Positions 35,790 to 45,389 of a stretch of DNA of 64,000 nt are shown piece by piece. The first letter of the stretch is position 1. Every line of letters starts with the position of its first letter. Source of the stretch: Escherichia phage slur16; sequence record NC_028248.1. The stretch is one strand, 5' to 3'. The notes below the pieces were generated by a model. That model saw only the letters and a program-made list of their open reading frames with translations. It did no database searches and was not told where the DNA came from. The translations under genes were made by a program, and so were the position numbers.

Positions 35790-35889
35790 AGTAATCCTCC
35801 GTTTTAATTTCAACGATAGTATACCTAACTGTTTTGTTAATTTCAAGTGTTGACACTAGGTTATTTGTGTGGCAGGATAGACTGACAAA

Positions 35890-36825
35890 ATGACAAATGA
35901 GGAACGTATGATGAAGTATTTTAATGCAGACGACCTAGTTGACAAAGGTCTTGTAACCAGCAGATATCACCCAGACCTTGGGTTAAAGATCTATAAATAT
36001 GCCAGAAAAGTATTCTACAACAACTTATGGCATTTGTCTCCTCGATTACTGGAGTGCCGAGGCATTGTTGTCGGTAATGAAGGAAATGTTGTGGCATGGC
36101 CCTTTACAAAAGTGTTTAACTTGGGAGAAAACTCCACCAACCTGCCTGACAATAAGCTTGTGACGGCGGTAGAGAAAAAGAACGGATTCCTTGGTGTGGT
36201 GTCATCTCATAAAGGTGAACTATTGTTCTCAACAACCGGGTCTCTTGATTCTCCATATTGTAACCTTGCAAAGGAAACCATCCAGGAGCAATGTGGTAAT
36301 TTAGATCTTATCAAGAAGGTTATGGGCAATGAAAATATGACATTCATGTTTGAAATTTGTCACCCCTCAGATCCGCATATTGTTCAGGAAGATCATGGCG
36401 CATATTTGATAGGTTGCAGATATAATGATTCTGGAATAATGCTACCAGAAGCAGCTTTAGATGGGATTGCCAAATACCTTGGTGCAAAACGTCCTCACAC
36501 TGTGCGTGAAATTCCGTTCAGTTATGCAAAAGAATTAGCTGCAGAAACAAGAGGTGAAGGGTATATGATTCGTAAGCCTTACTACCCTTATGATCTGCAG
36601 CTGAAGATTAAGTCTCCATACTATCTGGCACGGAAGGCCGTAATGAGGGGTAAAGCTTGGAAGATTTGGGATGATGATATCTTTAAACGTGTTGACGAAG
36701 AGTTTTACGGCATGGTAAACTTCATTCGTAACAACTACACAGAGGATGTATGGAACTGCCTCCTGGAGCAGGAACGCCGTGAGATACTCGATTACTATTT
36801 CCACAACGAGAACTATATGCAATGA
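35890..36825 (+). CDS. ATP-dependent RNA ligase-like nucleotidyltransferase (putative Rnl)
   Basis: Ligase motif I KxNG (VEKKNGF), motif III-like FMFEI, motif IV EGYMIRK, motif V LKIKSP; 311 aa without a DNA-ligase OB domain; a separate DNA ligase exists at 39297. Start may be the downstream ATG pair with GAGGA RBS. Confidence 0.5.
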   Translation: MTNEERMMKYFNADDLVDKGLVTSRYHPDLGLKIYKYARKVFYNNLWHLSPRLLECRGIVVGNEGNVVAWPFTKVFNLGENSTNLPDNKLVTAVEKKNGFLGVVSSHKGELLFSTTGSLDSPYCNLAKETIQEQCGNLDLIKKVMGNENMTFMFEICHPSDPHIVQEDHGAYLIGCRYNDSGIMLPEAALDGIAKYLGAKRPHTVREIPFSYAKELAAETRGEGYMIRKPYYPYDLQLKIKSPYYLARKAVMRGKAWKIWDDDIFKRVDEEFYGMVNFIRNNYTEDVWNCLLEQERREILDYYFHNENYMQ

Positions 36826-37172
36826 AGAAGTTGATTGTGTGGCTAGATGACTTGAGAGATCCGTCAAAGTACGGGCTCCAAGACGCTGTTTGGCTAAAGA
36901 ATTCCTCCGAGTTTATAGATTTTATTAACGATAATAGAAAGCTCTACAGACGCGTTTCTGAGTGGCATATGGACAACGACCTTGGAGAGGTATTCGAAGG
37001 GTACGATTGCCTATCTATGTTGGAGGAAAAATTTGTATTTGGTAAGCCTCCTGTAGTTGACAACGTGAAGATTTTCGTGCATACTTCTAACCCATCAGCG
37101 GCTCGTAAATTCATGCTTGCAGCTGACTCGTTTAAAAAGTTTGGAATAGAGATTAAACAAAACATCTACTGA
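36822..37172 (+). CDS. Hypothetical protein
   Basis: 116-aa ORF with 4-nt overlap to the upstream gene. Confidence 0.3.
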   Translation: MKKLIVWLDDLRDPSKYGLQDAVWLKNSSEFIDFINDNRKLYRRVSEWHMDNDLGEVFEGYDCLSMLEEKFVFGKPPVVDNVKIFVHTSNPSAARKFMLAADSFKKFGIEIKQNIY

Positions 37173-37180
37173 GGACACTT

Positions 37181-37942
37181 ATGCGACGACTGATTATTAT
37201 CTCCGGTGCTGGTTTGAGCGCTGAATCTGGTATTCCCACTTTCCGATCTGGTAGCACTGCAATGTGGGAGAATTTCAGCATCGATGAGGTGTGCAACATC
37301 CACACCTTTGCCAAGAACTACTATAAGGTGCATGACTTTTACAATGCACGTCGTGTAGCTTTAGGCAGTGTTGAGCCTAACCTTGCACATCTTCGGATCG
37401 CTGAGTGGTATTCCCGCTGGTCTGGTCGTGTGATCAACCTTACCACCAATGTAGATGATTTGCTGGAGCGTGCTGGTGTAAAACATGAAGATATTTTACA
37501 TGTCCACGGGTATTTGCCAGAAATAGTCTATGAGGACGATGAAGGAAGTGACGTCATTAAGGACATTGGATACTCTGAGGTAGACGCAGGAAAGTATACC
37601 TGGGTTAAGCCTAATGTGGTGTTCTTCGGAGAAGTAGCTCCGAAGTATACAGACATGTATGACCTGTTGACTTCTCTTACGAGCAATGATATGGTTATCC
37701 TTGTAGGGTGCTCCAACACAGTTATCAATTTTAACTGGGAGCTATTCCCTGCCTGCAATAAGGGAACCAAACTACTGATCGTTAATAAATACGACTCACA
37801 GCATCTAGAGGAGAATGGCATTTCACGTAGTGATATTTACCAGTATGAGGATCGTGGCATCCCAGTTTGGTTTAACGGTGCGGTTGATGCCTTCTCTGAT
37901 AAAACATTCATTGAGACTGTAGAAAACTTTATGGAACTTTAA
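37181..37942 (+). CDS. Sir2-family (sirtuin-like) NAD-dependent protein, zinc-less
   Basis: Sirtuin motifs GAGLSAESGIPTFR, TTNVDDLLERAG...HVHG, VVFFGE; no CxxC...CxxC zinc-ribbon insertion. Confidence 0.7.
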   Translation: MRRLIIISGAGLSAESGIPTFRSGSTAMWENFSIDEVCNIHTFAKNYYKVHDFYNARRVALGSVEPNLAHLRIAEWYSRWSGRVINLTTNVDDLLERAGVKHEDILHVHGYLPEIVYEDDEGSDVIKDIGYSEVDAGKYTWVKPNVVFFGEVAPKYTDMYDLLTSLTSNDMVILVGCSNTVINFNWELFPACNKGTKLLIVNKYDSQHLEENGISRSDIYQYEDRGIPVWFNGAVDAFSDKTFIETVENFMEL

Positions 37943-37955
37943 AAGGAGACCTTTA

Positions 37956-38669
37956 ATGCTGAATACTAAACTGATCGACAACCTGGAAAAACTGTCTCAG
38001 CCTGAAAACTACCTTTGGTCTGCCAACTGGGTGGAAAACTGGAACCGTGTGGCAGCTAAAGTGAAAAAATCATACACACCATTCGAATTACAGCTTAGCT
38101 TCATTGAGGAAGAGTTCAATGAGGTTTTGGAAGAGCTGGAGAAAGGTGATGGTGGAGATCACCTGCTAAAAGAGGCCTGCGATCTTCACGTTGTCACAAG
38201 TTATGCCGCTTATCTTGTTAATGATAATCACGAAAAGTGGTCAAACCTGTTTGATAATCCACGAGGTCTTAAGTTCAAGATCGGTGAGTTCTATGATACA
38301 CTGATCGCTGCGAAAAACACATCCAAGCAAAGAGCGTCAGCTTACCGTTTAGCTGAGTTGTCAACAGCTTTGCTGTTCCAGCTTCGCGGCGATGTGTGCG
38401 GGATGATGCGTAAGGTTCTCAAATCGAATGACAGCAAGTTTGCACGGGTCAACCATCTACGGTATTCACACGGTGCCAGTGCAGATATGCCTGCTGAACA
38501 ACTCATAGAGTTGGAGATTAAAGATCTTGAGCGACGCTTTGATGGTCGATATGAAGGTTTTGTTGCTAAGGAAGAATTCTACAACGGTAATAAAGTTATC
38601 ATATTCCTTGACAGTAAAGGTAAGATCATGAAGCCTTCGAGCTTCAAGGATGTAGCAGAGTATATTTAA
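37956..38669 (+). CDS. MazG-like all-alpha NTP pyrophosphohydrolase (putative)
   Basis: EEEFNEVLEELEKGDGGDHLLKEACD fits the EExxE...E..D metal-binding pattern; weak. Confidence 0.35.
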   Translation: MLNTKLIDNLEKLSQPENYLWSANWVENWNRVAAKVKKSYTPFELQLSFIEEEFNEVLEELEKGDGGDHLLKEACDLHVVTSYAAYLVNDNHEKWSNLFDNPRGLKFKIGEFYDTLIAAKNTSKQRASAYRLAELSTALLFQLRGDVCGMMRKVLKSNDSKFARVNHLRYSHGASADMPAEQLIELEIKDLERRFDGRYEGFVAKEEFYNGNKVIIFLDSKGKIMKPSSFKDVAEYI

Positions 38670-38677
38670 CAACATGG

Positions 38678-38700
38678 CCGGGATTACCCGGCTTTACTTG
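38678..38700 (+). terminator. Rho-independent terminator
   Basis: Hairpin GCCGGG-AUUA-CCCGGC followed by UUUACUUGUU, directly after the stop at 38669. Confidence 0.5.
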
Positions 38701-38702
38701 TT

Positions 38703-39041
38703 GTGGAAAGTATGCAAGTGAGGCAGATAGTTATGTACAAGCACTCTAGAGATCTTGAAAACGATGCTGTGTTTGGGGATCAGATGAAAGAGTTGGTTAA
38801 ACTTATAGGCAGGATAGAGGATAAGTTTGACACTAAGATCTACATCGACAGCAAAGTATTCAACCACAAAATATGGACAAATCTGTGTGTTGGACTACAT
38901 GGAGATAAAGATGTGGTAAATTTAGTTGTAATTAAGTTCATAGTGTGGCAGAATAAAACTATAAATTATTACGATCCACACCTGCTTGTTTACCCAATAA
39001 AAGATCTATTAGATAAGGAGGACTGCAATGCCGTTATTTAA
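38703..39041 (+). CDS. Hypothetical protein
   Basis: 112-aa ORF; start uncertain (GTG or internal ATG). Confidence 0.3.
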   Translation: MESMQVRQIVMYKHSRDLENDAVFGDQMKELVKLIGRIEDKFDTKIYIDSKVFNHKIWTNLCVGLHGDKDVVNLVVIKFIVWQNKTINYYDPHLLVYPIKDLLDKEDCNAVI

Positions 39042-39297
39042 TCTTGCTAAACCTGTAGAAGCACACCAGTTTGACGGAAGCTCTTCATCAGTATCTGATC
39101 TGCAACGGTGGATTGATACAGGTGTGTTTACATCGTCACCTGTTCGGACCAGAGATCTTCGTCGCATGTGTGAGCTTGTAGAGCCGTTTGGTAACCTAGT
39201 CTTGTACCAGGGTGATTGGCTTGTTGATTTTATGGGGGACTGGTTGGTAATGAGTAAAGAAGAGATGTTTAAAATTTTTAAGGAAGAGGCCGAGTAA
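39028..39297 (+). CDS. Hypothetical protein
   Basis: 89-aa ORF. Confidence 0.3.
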   Translation: MPLFNLAKPVEAHQFDGSSSSVSDLQRWIDTGVFTSSPVRTRDLRRMCELVEPFGNLVLYQGDWLVDFMGDWLVMSKEEMFKIFKEEAE

Positions 39298-40580
39298 TGC
39301 ATCAAATCAAAACAACACTGTACGCACTGAACAAAGATGGCAGCTACCAACAGTGGAAAGTATTCACGGATGGTGATAAGGTTATCGTAGAGTTTGGCAA
39401 GCTTGATGGTAAACTGCAATACAAAGAGACGATCTGCACACCTAAGAACGTGGGTCGCGCCAATGAAACTACAGCTGAGCAACAGGCCGAGCTGGAAGCG
39501 ATCAGTAAGTGGGAAAAACAGGTCCGACTCGGGTACGTGGAGAGTATGGAAGATTGTGAGCAAGGTGTTGATCTTTTACCCATGTTGGTGCATGACTACC
39601 TGAAGCGTGGCAAGGCACTTAAATTACCTTGCTGGATCTTGCGTAAGTTAGATGGCCTTCGTCTACTTGTTGTTTTCCAGAATGGTGAGCCTAAATTTAT
39701 TTCCCGTGGTAATAAGTCCTACCCTATTCAAGGAAAGCTTCTGGAGCAACTTCGCTCTTTCCACCTAACCACCGGGATTAAACAGCTCGACGGAGAGCTC
39801 TATATTCATGGTCTACCTCTGCAGAAAATAGTGTCTCTTGCTAAACGGTGGCGCACACAGGAAGAAATTCAGGCCGAGATCGATAAAGACTACAAGGCAG
39901 ATAAAAAACGCCGTCAGGCTGCGATTAAAGCAGGTTTAGCAACATACAAAAACTTCAACAAGGTGGACATTCCTGTTGATGTTGAGCCTGTTCGTGATGA
40001 TTTGCGTTACGGAGGGTACTGCAGCTACGACTTAGAGTATCATATTTTCGATATTCCTAGCGATAAGGTGTGGTGGGATCCTGAAACAGAGTCTGGTCGC
40101 TGTAAGGATCTTATGGAGGCAAACGGTGCTATTACTTCTTTGATGCTTGATCATATTAAGGTTGTTGATGCAGAGCTTGCATATACGGTTGATCGGTGCG
40201 AAGAGTCTGTTGGTATATTTATGTCTGAAGGATATGAAGGTACCATTATGCGTAACTTCTGTGGTAAATATGAGTATGGTCAGCGAACATCTGAAGCATT
40301 GAAATGGAAAAAGTTCAACGACGCAGAGGTGAAAGTTATTGACGTTGAGAAAGATAAGAATGATGAAGGTGTTCTTATCTGTGTTGACAAGGAAGGTGTT
40401 GTTGTTAAAATGAAGATGAAAGGCACGCACGAGGAGCGTAGCTATGACAGGATGCAGGAAATGATCGGCAAGTTTGTCACCTTCAAATATCAAGCAAGGA
40501 CAGAAGACAACAACTACCAATTCCCTGTCGGTATCTGCGTCCGAAATGTTAACCCAGATACTTGGGAGGTTCTGGAATGA
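39297..40580 (+). CDS. ATP-dependent DNA ligase
   Basis: Motif I KLDGLR (adenylation lysine), motif IV EGTIMR, motif V ALKWKKF; 427 aa. Confidence 0.75.
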   Translation: MHQIKTTLYALNKDGSYQQWKVFTDGDKVIVEFGKLDGKLQYKETICTPKNVGRANETTAEQQAELEAISKWEKQVRLGYVESMEDCEQGVDLLPMLVHDYLKRGKALKLPCWILRKLDGLRLLVVFQNGEPKFISRGNKSYPIQGKLLEQLRSFHLTTGIKQLDGELYIHGLPLQKIVSLAKRWRTQEEIQAEIDKDYKADKKRRQAAIKAGLATYKNFNKVDIPVDVEPVRDDLRYGGYCSYDLEYHIFDIPSDKVWWDPETESGRCKDLMEANGAITSLMLDHIKVVDAELAYTVDRCEESVGIFMSEGYEGTIMRNFCGKYEYGQRTSEALKWKKFNDAEVKVIDVEKDKNDEGVLICVDKEGVVVKMKMKGTHEERSYDRMQEMIGKFVTFKYQARTEDNNYQFPVGICVRNVNPDTWEVLE

Positions 40581-40704
40581 TGTAGGATGGTTTAGTAGGT
40601 AACGGTAGCCAATTGAATGATGGTTTTTCAATTGGCACCTACATAACCACACTATGCAGTGTTGTTGATCGGGTTAGTTATGAGCAAACTGGAGAGTATG
40701 AAAA

Positions 40705-41175
40705 ATGAAACTTGATAAAAATGTTCAACGAAAAGCTTTCTTGGATATGATCGCATATTCGGAAGGAACAGATAATGGTAGACAACCTACCAAGGATCGG
40801 GGGTACGATGTCATAGTCGGCGGCAAGCTGTTCAGCGATTACAGCAAGCATCCAGGTGTTTACGTTAAGCTAAATGCTAAACTTACCTCCTCCGCTGCTG
40901 GTCGTTACCAGGTTTTGGAGAAGTTTGCTAAACACTACATGAAACAGTTAGGATTACCAGATTTTGGCCCTGCCAGTCAGGACAAGATTGCGTTGCAACT
41001 GATCCGTGAGTGCAAGGCTCTCGCCGACATTGACGAAGGGCGTATCCACGAAGCTATCCGCAAATGCCGTTCCCGCTGGGCTTCGTTACCCGGCGCTGGA
41101 TATGGTCAGCATGAACAGAAGATCGAGAAGTTGATCGAGGTGTTTAAAAAGGCAGGCGGCATTGTCCTGGATTGA
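40705..41175 (+). CDS. Endolysin, lambda R-like lytic transglycosylase
   Basis: Near-collinear similarity to phage lambda R as I recall it: QRKAFLDM(I/L)A(Y/W)SEGTDNGRQ, GYDVIVGG, AGRYQ, WASLPGAGYGQ(H/F)E, F(K)(K/E)AGG. Confidence 0.85.
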   Translation: MKLDKNVQRKAFLDMIAYSEGTDNGRQPTKDRGYDVIVGGKLFSDYSKHPGVYVKLNAKLTSSAAGRYQVLEKFAKHYMKQLGLPDFGPASQDKIALQLIRECKALADIDEGRIHEAIRKCRSRWASLPGAGYGQHEQKIEKLIEVFKKAGGIVLD

Positions 41176-41223
41176 TCATTGACATAACCACACGGACGTG
41201 GTATTGTTACCTCATAAAATGTT

Positions 41224-41445
41224 ATGGAGTGTTTAACCATGAAAGATTTTCTGTTGGCAATTTTGTTCATGGCAGCATGTCTGGCCTGTGGTGTCGTGTT
41301 TGCAGGTGAAACAGCGTATCTTGTCGATGTGTATCGGGACAATGGTAAACGTATTTGCCTTTATGAGACAAGCCAAGGTGAGCTCTACGAGCTTGTGAAA
41401 CAAGGTGAGGCAGGTTCCTGCCCTCGCACCCATTTCTTTGAATAA
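41224..41445 (+). CDS. Small secreted/membrane protein (possible lysis accessory), hypothetical
   Basis: 73-aa ORF with hydrophobic N-terminus FLLAILFMAACLACGVVFAG, directly after the endolysin gene. Confidence 0.3.
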   Translation: MECLTMKDFLLAILFMAACLACGVVFAGETAYLVDVYRDNGKRICLYETSQGELYELVKQGEAGSCPRTHFFE

Positions 41446-41454
41446 GGGGGATAC

Positions 41455-41919
41455 GTGGAAGACGGACGTTTAATGAGGTCTGAACGCAGGCTTATTGTGC
41501 AACTGATCCCAGAAACAGCTTGGTATAATAACCTCCGAAACGCTGTGAAGAAGAGTGAGTGGGATAAGATCCGTAAGAAGTGCTACAGAGAGGCAAACTA
41601 CACTTGCGAGGTGTGCGGCGGTAAAGGCAGCAAACATCCAGTGGAGTGTCATGAACTTTACACTTTCGAAGAGGGAGTGATCCGGCTTGTCGGACTGATA
41701 GCGTTGTGCCCAGATTGTCACACATCGGTACATCCTGGATTAGCAAATATCCGTGGAAAGTATGCTCAGGCAGTTAATCAGTTGGCTAAGGTGAATAAGA
41801 TCACCAGAGGTATGGCAGAGGCGTATTACCGAGACTGCTTTGCAGAGTGGCGCGAGCTTAGTAAAGTTCCAGAATGGAAGACTGACTTTTCGTGGATAGA
41901 GGGTTACCTTGATGGCTAA
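41455..41919 (+). CDS. Zinc-binding protein, possible HNH-like nuclease
   Basis: CEVCGG...HPVECHE...CPDCHTSVH Cys/His arrangement; weak. Confidence 0.3.
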   Translation: MEDGRLMRSERRLIVQLIPETAWYNNLRNAVKKSEWDKIRKKCYREANYTCEVCGGKGSKHPVECHELYTFEEGVIRLVGLIALCPDCHTSVHPGLANIRGKYAQAVNQLAKVNKITRGMAEAYYRDCFAEWRELSKVPEWKTDFSWIEGYLDG

Positions 41920-42202
41920 GAGATCTGTAAAAGAGAAATTCGATAAGACAGCTTTTGTATTCGATACACCTCTGGACGATATCATCAGGGGTATGCAAGC
42001 CTTGTATCGGAAGGCTGAATCTGAGCAGTTGTCTGAATCAGAACTTTACTGGCTTGGTTGGTGGGAGTTAAACCTGCCTAAAGCTGAAAGCTCTTGTCTG
42101 AGAACTGTTAAAACGTGCGCCCAAGAAAACGCTGCACTTGGAATCTACCACAAAAGGAAAAGATCAACAAAAAGCTCTCCAAGAAAGACTAAAAAGTCTT
42201 GA
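41909..42202 (+). CDS. Hypothetical protein
   Basis: 97-aa ORF, basic C-terminus. Confidence 0.3.
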   Translation: MMAKRSVKEKFDKTAFVFDTPLDDIIRGMQALYRKAESEQLSESELYWLGWWELNLPKAESSCLRTVKTCAQENAALGIYHKRKRSTKSSPRKTKKS

Positions 42203-42228
42203 CAAAAGTGTTATTAATCTGATATTAT
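42199..42228 (+). promoter_or_regulatory. Sigma70-type promoter
   Basis: TTGACA (42199-42204), 18-nt spacer, TATTAT (42223-42228), ~35 nt upstream of the gene starting at 42262. Confidence 0.45.
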
Positions 42229-42261
42229 CGGTCAGATATCTATAAACTAGGAGAACTAGGT

Positions 42262-42570
42262 ATGCTTAAAATTTTTATTGTTGAAGATAAAGATATTGTC
42301 CAGTTGTATGCAAACGAGAATCATAAAGGTATGATTCTGAAGAAGGCAAGCAACCTTCATGAAAACACAATTCAACCTGGCGATGTAATTAAGATCTGTG
42401 GTTATATGATACCAGACTCCTTGATGAAAATAACCCACCACTGGGGGTCTAATCCGTTCCTTTTTGAAAAGTATTGGGATGTTGAGTCACTTATTGCAGA
42501 GAGTGATGATGCATTCCATTACAGCATCCAACCATCTTGCAGAATAACTAACAGGAGGGTCTTTGAGTAG
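42262..42570 (+). CDS. Hypothetical protein
   Basis: 102-aa ORF with AGGAG RBS. Confidence 0.35.
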   Translation: MLKIFIVEDKDIVQLYANENHKGMILKKASNLHENTIQPGDVIKICGYMIPDSLMKITHHWGSNPFLFEKYWDVESLIAESDDAFHYSIQPSCRITNRRVFE

Positions 42571-43702
42571 AGAATATCCACTTATTGAGTCCATAGATTG
42601 TCTGGCTGATCTTCTTGAACCTGACGCTATAGTTTATTATGACTTCGATCAGGTTGCATATCAAGCTGCAGCAAGTTGTGAAAAAAGGACAATTGAGGTA
42701 ACACACAAAGCCTCCGGACGTAAGAAGATGTTTAAAACACGAACAGAGTTCTGGGGGCGGCAGAAGAACACCGTTGGTGGTTGGCTAAAAGCTGAGAATA
42801 CCAACCGTGAAGCCGCATGTAAAAAGTCTGGTAAGGAGTTTATTCCGTGGACACGTGAAGATTTTGATGTCTTGGATATCCAAACACCTGACCCTGTAGA
42901 GAACTGCTTGCACACAATAAAATGTAAGGCAAATGCAGTTCTTAACTATCTTGGTATTCCGGAAGAGCGATGTGTCGGGGTGTTGGGAGGCACAGGTAAC
43001 TTCAGACTAGATCTTCCAATGCCGGAAAGATACAAAGCCAACCGTAACAATACTCTTCGACCACTGCTGCTTGGAGATGCAAGACAGTATCTCCAAAAGC
43101 AGTATAATGCTCAAGTGATCAACGGTATCGAGGCTGATGACTGGTTAGCTATCCAGCAATTTGAAGGTTGGAACCACTACCAAAAAACAGGTAAGTTCAA
43201 CAAGTTTATTATCTCTATTGATAAGGACCAAAGAACACTACCGGGGCTTGTGTTCGATCCCATGCGAAACGATAAGGGAGATTTTGTAAGGGAAACCCCT
43301 ATGCTGATCGATAACGGTATGGGGAACATCTTCATGAAGCCTAATGGAGAGGTTGGTGGTTACGGAATGCTGTTCTTCGGATACCAAATGCTGTGTGGTG
43401 ACTCTGCTGACAACATCAAGCCGTATCAAGGACTTATCGGTAAGGGTAAGTTCGGAGATGCCTCAGCATTCTACCTACTGTCTCAGTGCAGCACTCCAAA
43501 GGAGATGTGGGTGGCTATTATTGATCAGTACAAGAAGTGGTTCCCGAAAGGTGTTGTTAAGTATACTGACTTCAATGGTATTGATCGTAGAATCTCCGTA
43601 GGTCAATGGATGAGTATAATTTTTGACTGTTTGTATATGAAGCGAACATTCAATGATCAAACAAAACTTGTTAACGTTCTTAGAAATGTTGGAGCAATTT
43701 GA
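42563..43702 (+). CDS. 5'-3' exonuclease / flap endonuclease (FEN, T5 D15 / T4 RNase H family)
   Basis: Motifs GIEADD, ISIDKD and LCGDSADNIKPYQGLIGKGKFG, characteristic of the 5'-nuclease family. Confidence 0.6.
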   Translation: MSREYPLIESIDCLADLLEPDAIVYYDFDQVAYQAAASCEKRTIEVTHKASGRKKMFKTRTEFWGRQKNTVGGWLKAENTNREAACKKSGKEFIPWTREDFDVLDIQTPDPVENCLHTIKCKANAVLNYLGIPEERCVGVLGGTGNFRLDLPMPERYKANRNNTLRPLLLGDARQYLQKQYNAQVINGIEADDWLAIQQFEGWNHYQKTGKFNKFIISIDKDQRTLPGLVFDPMRNDKGDFVRETPMLIDNGMGNIFMKPNGEVGGYGMLFFGYQMLCGDSADNIKPYQGLIGKGKFGDASAFYLLSQCSTPKEMWVAIIDQYKKWFPKGVVKYTDFNGIDRRISVGQWMSIIFDCLYMKRTFNDQTKLVNVLRNVGAI

Positions 43703-44034
43703 TGACTAAAAATTCTGTAGATAACGCAATTATGGAAGCTGTTTTTGAGGATGATCACACAACAGGGACACTTAAAACAAAAAATACATTCGTTGTTGCC
43801 ACAGGTATGTGGCGGTTGTATGAAGATGACACCATTTCATACATCCTGTACACGGATGATTACGCAGATGACCGTGTATGGTCTGCTGTTTTAAAAGAGG
43901 ATTGTGAGCTGATTGAGGGCGAGCGGTTATGCATGTTCACCAGTGTGGAAACAGATGTTAAGCTTTGCTCTCTCGTATTGTTCAAAGATAAGGCTTATGC
44001 TCCTGATGAAGGAGAGGAGGATGAGGAAGCATGA
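43699..44034 (+). CDS. Hypothetical protein
   Basis: 111-aa acidic ORF. Confidence 0.3.
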   Translation: MMTKNSVDNAIMEAVFEDDHTTGTLKTKNTFVVATGMWRLYEDDTISYILYTDDYADDRVWSAVLKEDCELIEGERLCMFTSVETDVKLCSLVLFKDKAYAPDEGEEDEEA

Positions 44035-44660
44035 GAGAGCGTCTATTATCCATAGACCAGTCGTTGACACACACAGCTTGCGTTGTATGGGACGATGGAA
44101 AGCCTGTTCATAAGGTTGTGTTACGAACTCAAAGCTCATCTGCAAAAGAGAAGAAACCAGGGACGGTTTCTTTTGCAACAGCTGCTGAGCGTATTGACTG
44201 GATCTGCAAACAGGTCAGATATTATATCCACACGCACGGCGTTGACACTGTAGTTATGGAAGGGCTTTCCTTTGGATCACGCGGGGATGCCACACGTGAA
44301 CTGGCTGGGTTGTTTTACGGTCTTGAAGTTATGCTTTGGGATGCCTTAGCTGATTGTGAAAATGACGGCCTGTTTAAGGTCCACACAGTGACACCAACAA
44401 CTGCCAAAAAGTTTGCTCGTGGTCATCTTCCTGAGGAACTTGCTTTCGAGGAGAAGAAAAAGCTTGACAAAAAGACAGGTAAAGAGCATACTGTGAAGAA
44501 ACCTGTTACGATGGATAAAAAGTTGATGGTTAAGGCCTGCGAAGTATCTGAACCTGGGTTCCTAGATGGGATCAATTTGGTACAAGGTAAGGCCGATCTC
44601 GCAGATGCTTATTGGATAGGCAGGGCGCATCTGGAGGGATTATCGCAAAGCGTAAAATAA
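44031..44660 (+). CDS. RuvC-like Holliday junction resolvase (putative)
   Basis: N-terminal SIDQSL..ACVVWDDG and VVMEGLSFG arrangement resembles RuvC-fold resolvases; weak. Confidence 0.35.
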   Translation: MRERLLSIDQSLTHTACVVWDDGKPVHKVVLRTQSSSAKEKKPGTVSFATAAERIDWICKQVRYYIHTHGVDTVVMEGLSFGSRGDATRELAGLFYGLEVMLWDALADCENDGLFKVHTVTPTTAKKFARGHLPEELAFEEKKKLDKKTGKEHTVKKPVTMDKKLMVKACEVSEPGFLDGINLVQGKADLADAYWIGRAHLEGLSQSVK

Positions 44661-45217
44661 GAAAGAAAGCTGTCAAAGCCCCCGTTCATAACGGGTGGTT
44701 AAAAGATTCTAAGGACATAGCCAACTTTCGAAAAGAATTGTCAGAGGAGCAGGATGGTCTTGATCCTATCTTGTGCGAGCCACTTCGTAAGCCTTGTTTG
44801 GATCATGACCATCTGACTGGTCGTTGCAGGGGTGTTTTGTCCCAATGCACTAATACCTTTGAGGGGTATGTGCTTAAATACTGGATGAAATACTGTAACG
44901 AGTATACAGATTGCAGTTTATCAGAGGCGTTGCGCCGGATGGCTGACTATTTGGAGAAAGACTACAGCGACTTCCCGCTCCACAAAAACTACAGAGATGA
45001 TATGACAAAGTTCTTGAGGAGATGCTCTAAAGCTACGATCATTGCACGAGCAGAATCAGATCTCAATCTTGTCATTAATCCGGAGTGCACCAAGCATGAG
45101 GCTATTGAGTTCTACATGCAGGAGTTTATAAAGAAAACTGAGGAGAGAGATTTCTATGGGGATGAAAAAGGTATTCAATCCTTGCGATTCAGTTCTGATC
45201 AGGATGAAATACCGTAA
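44612..45217 (+). CDS. Endonuclease VII-like / HNH-fold nuclease
   Basis: CLDHDHLTGRCRGVLSQCTN matches the T4 endonuclease VII-type DHDH..G..RG.L..CN motif; TTG start overlaps the upstream gene. Confidence 0.55.
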   Translation: MDRQGASGGIIAKRKIRKKAVKAPVHNGWLKDSKDIANFRKELSEEQDGLDPILCEPLRKPCLDHDHLTGRCRGVLSQCTNTFEGYVLKYWMKYCNEYTDCSLSEALRRMADYLEKDYSDFPLHKNYRDDMTKFLRRCSKATIIARAESDLNLVINPECTKHEAIEFYMQEFIKKTEERDFYGDEKGIQSLRFSSDQDEIP

Positions 45218-45377
45218 CTGGAAAGGTGTTGTTGCAGATCGCTGCGTTACTGAGCCTAATTTATGGTTTGGCTCTACAGAGTATCATAAAGAAGAGCAGT
45301 GGTTGATGCGTGCCTTCGATGTAGACAAGGGCGAATATCGTGACTTCGCTTTAAAAGACATTCTTCAGTTTTACTAA
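45156..45377 (+). CDS. Hypothetical protein
   Basis: 73-aa ORF. Confidence 0.25.
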   Translation: MGMKKVFNPCDSVLIRMKYRNWKGVVADRCVTEPNLWFGSTEYHKEEQWLMRAFDVDKGEYRDFALKDILQFY

Positions 45378-45389
45378 GGAATCTTAACG

